A DNA stretch of 64,000 bases. Source: a bacterium (GTDB lineage Bacteria; Hydrothermota; UBA3073; JACQXS01; JAQTXJ01). The DNA is taken from positions 20,587 to 84,586 of the forward strand of contig JAQTXJ010000001.1 of assembly GCA_028688815.1 (NCBI GenBank). Reading direction: 5' to 3'. Of the stretch, positions 63,638 through 64,000 are shown piece after piece. The stretch's first letter is position 1. Each line of letters starts with the position of its first letter. Both the position numbers and the translations under genes were made by a program. A model generated the notes under the pieces. It saw nothing but the letters and a program-made list of their open reading frames with translations, was not told where the DNA came from and did not search any database.

Positions 63638-63866
63638 TTTTCCTCCCGTTGGGCAAAGCGCCCAACCTTACCTCAAATTTATAATAACAAGTATTTACAC
63701 CTAAAATATATTATTAATTACAACCTGAATAACCAATTTATGAATTTATACTGAGATTTGTTTCGCTGTCAATCAAATTTTTCAAACTTCCATCTTTAAC
63801 AAAAAATAACTTGCAAAATAAACAATTCAGTATAGATAATTTAGATAATTCTTTACAAATAAATCA

Positions 63867-64000
63867 ATGAATAAAATACTAAAAAAACAGGTGTTGTCGC
63901 CGGGAATAAAGTTGTTCAACGTAGAAAACAAGGACATTGCAGAAAAAGTTCTGCCCGGACAATTTGTGGTCATACGGGCTTATGCACAAGGAGAAAGGAT
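63867..64000 (+). CDS. 5' end of a CDS for an FAD/NAD(P)-binding oxidoreductase of the sulfide dehydrogenase / NfnA / PyrK-like family (truncated by the window edge)
   Basis: MNKILKKQVLSPGIKLFNVEN...PGQFVVIRAYAQGER resembles the N-terminus of this family. Confidence 0.45.
   Translation, partial: MNKILKKQVLSPGIKLFNVENKDIAEKVLPGQFVVIRAYAQGER

Overview
This window is a low-GC (about one-third GC) bacterial chromosomal segment with sigma70-like TTGACA/TATAAT promoters. A SprA homolog and two large secreted proteins with Por-type C-terminal sorting domains mark it as an FCB-group type IX secretion (T9SS) bacterium, and the four-subunit 2-oxoacid:ferredoxin oxidoreductase points to an anaerobe. 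Most of the window is housekeeping: dnaX-ybaB, porGDAB directly overlapping rho, ftsK, mrdA, plsY, valS, rarA, tig, clpP, rpmH-rnpA, trpS, queA, cdaA, ftsH, tilS, plus tRNA-Ala(CGC) and tRNA-Leu(TAG). The accessory content is as follows. (1) A GDP-sugar locus at the 5' end (a plant-type GDP-mannose 3,5-epimerase homolog, gmd, fcl), followed by exbB-exbD-exbB-exbD-tonB and a Pal-like gene. (2) A polysaccharide/lipid modification cluster from about 34.3 to 42.6 kb (GT-C membrane protein, NodB/ArnD-like deacetylase, formyltransferase, GT2, GT4, a DPM1/ArnC-like GT2, an SGNH-like membrane protein). It ends in a 35-codon remnant of a second DPM1-like GT2 gene, directly in front of a BNR-repeat T9SS cargo gene that carries an in-frame heptanucleotide microsatellite. 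(3) A tandem duplication of a GYD-domain gene upstream of valS, separated by GC-rich perfect hairpins. (4) An isolated ankyrin-repeat gene with 11 near-identical repeats. (5) A GC-rich intergenic island with two perfect palindromes upstream of ftsK. (6) A candidate dnaX -1 frameshift site. No CRISPR array, transposase or integrase is visible. All functional calls rest on motif recognition by eye, not on database searches.
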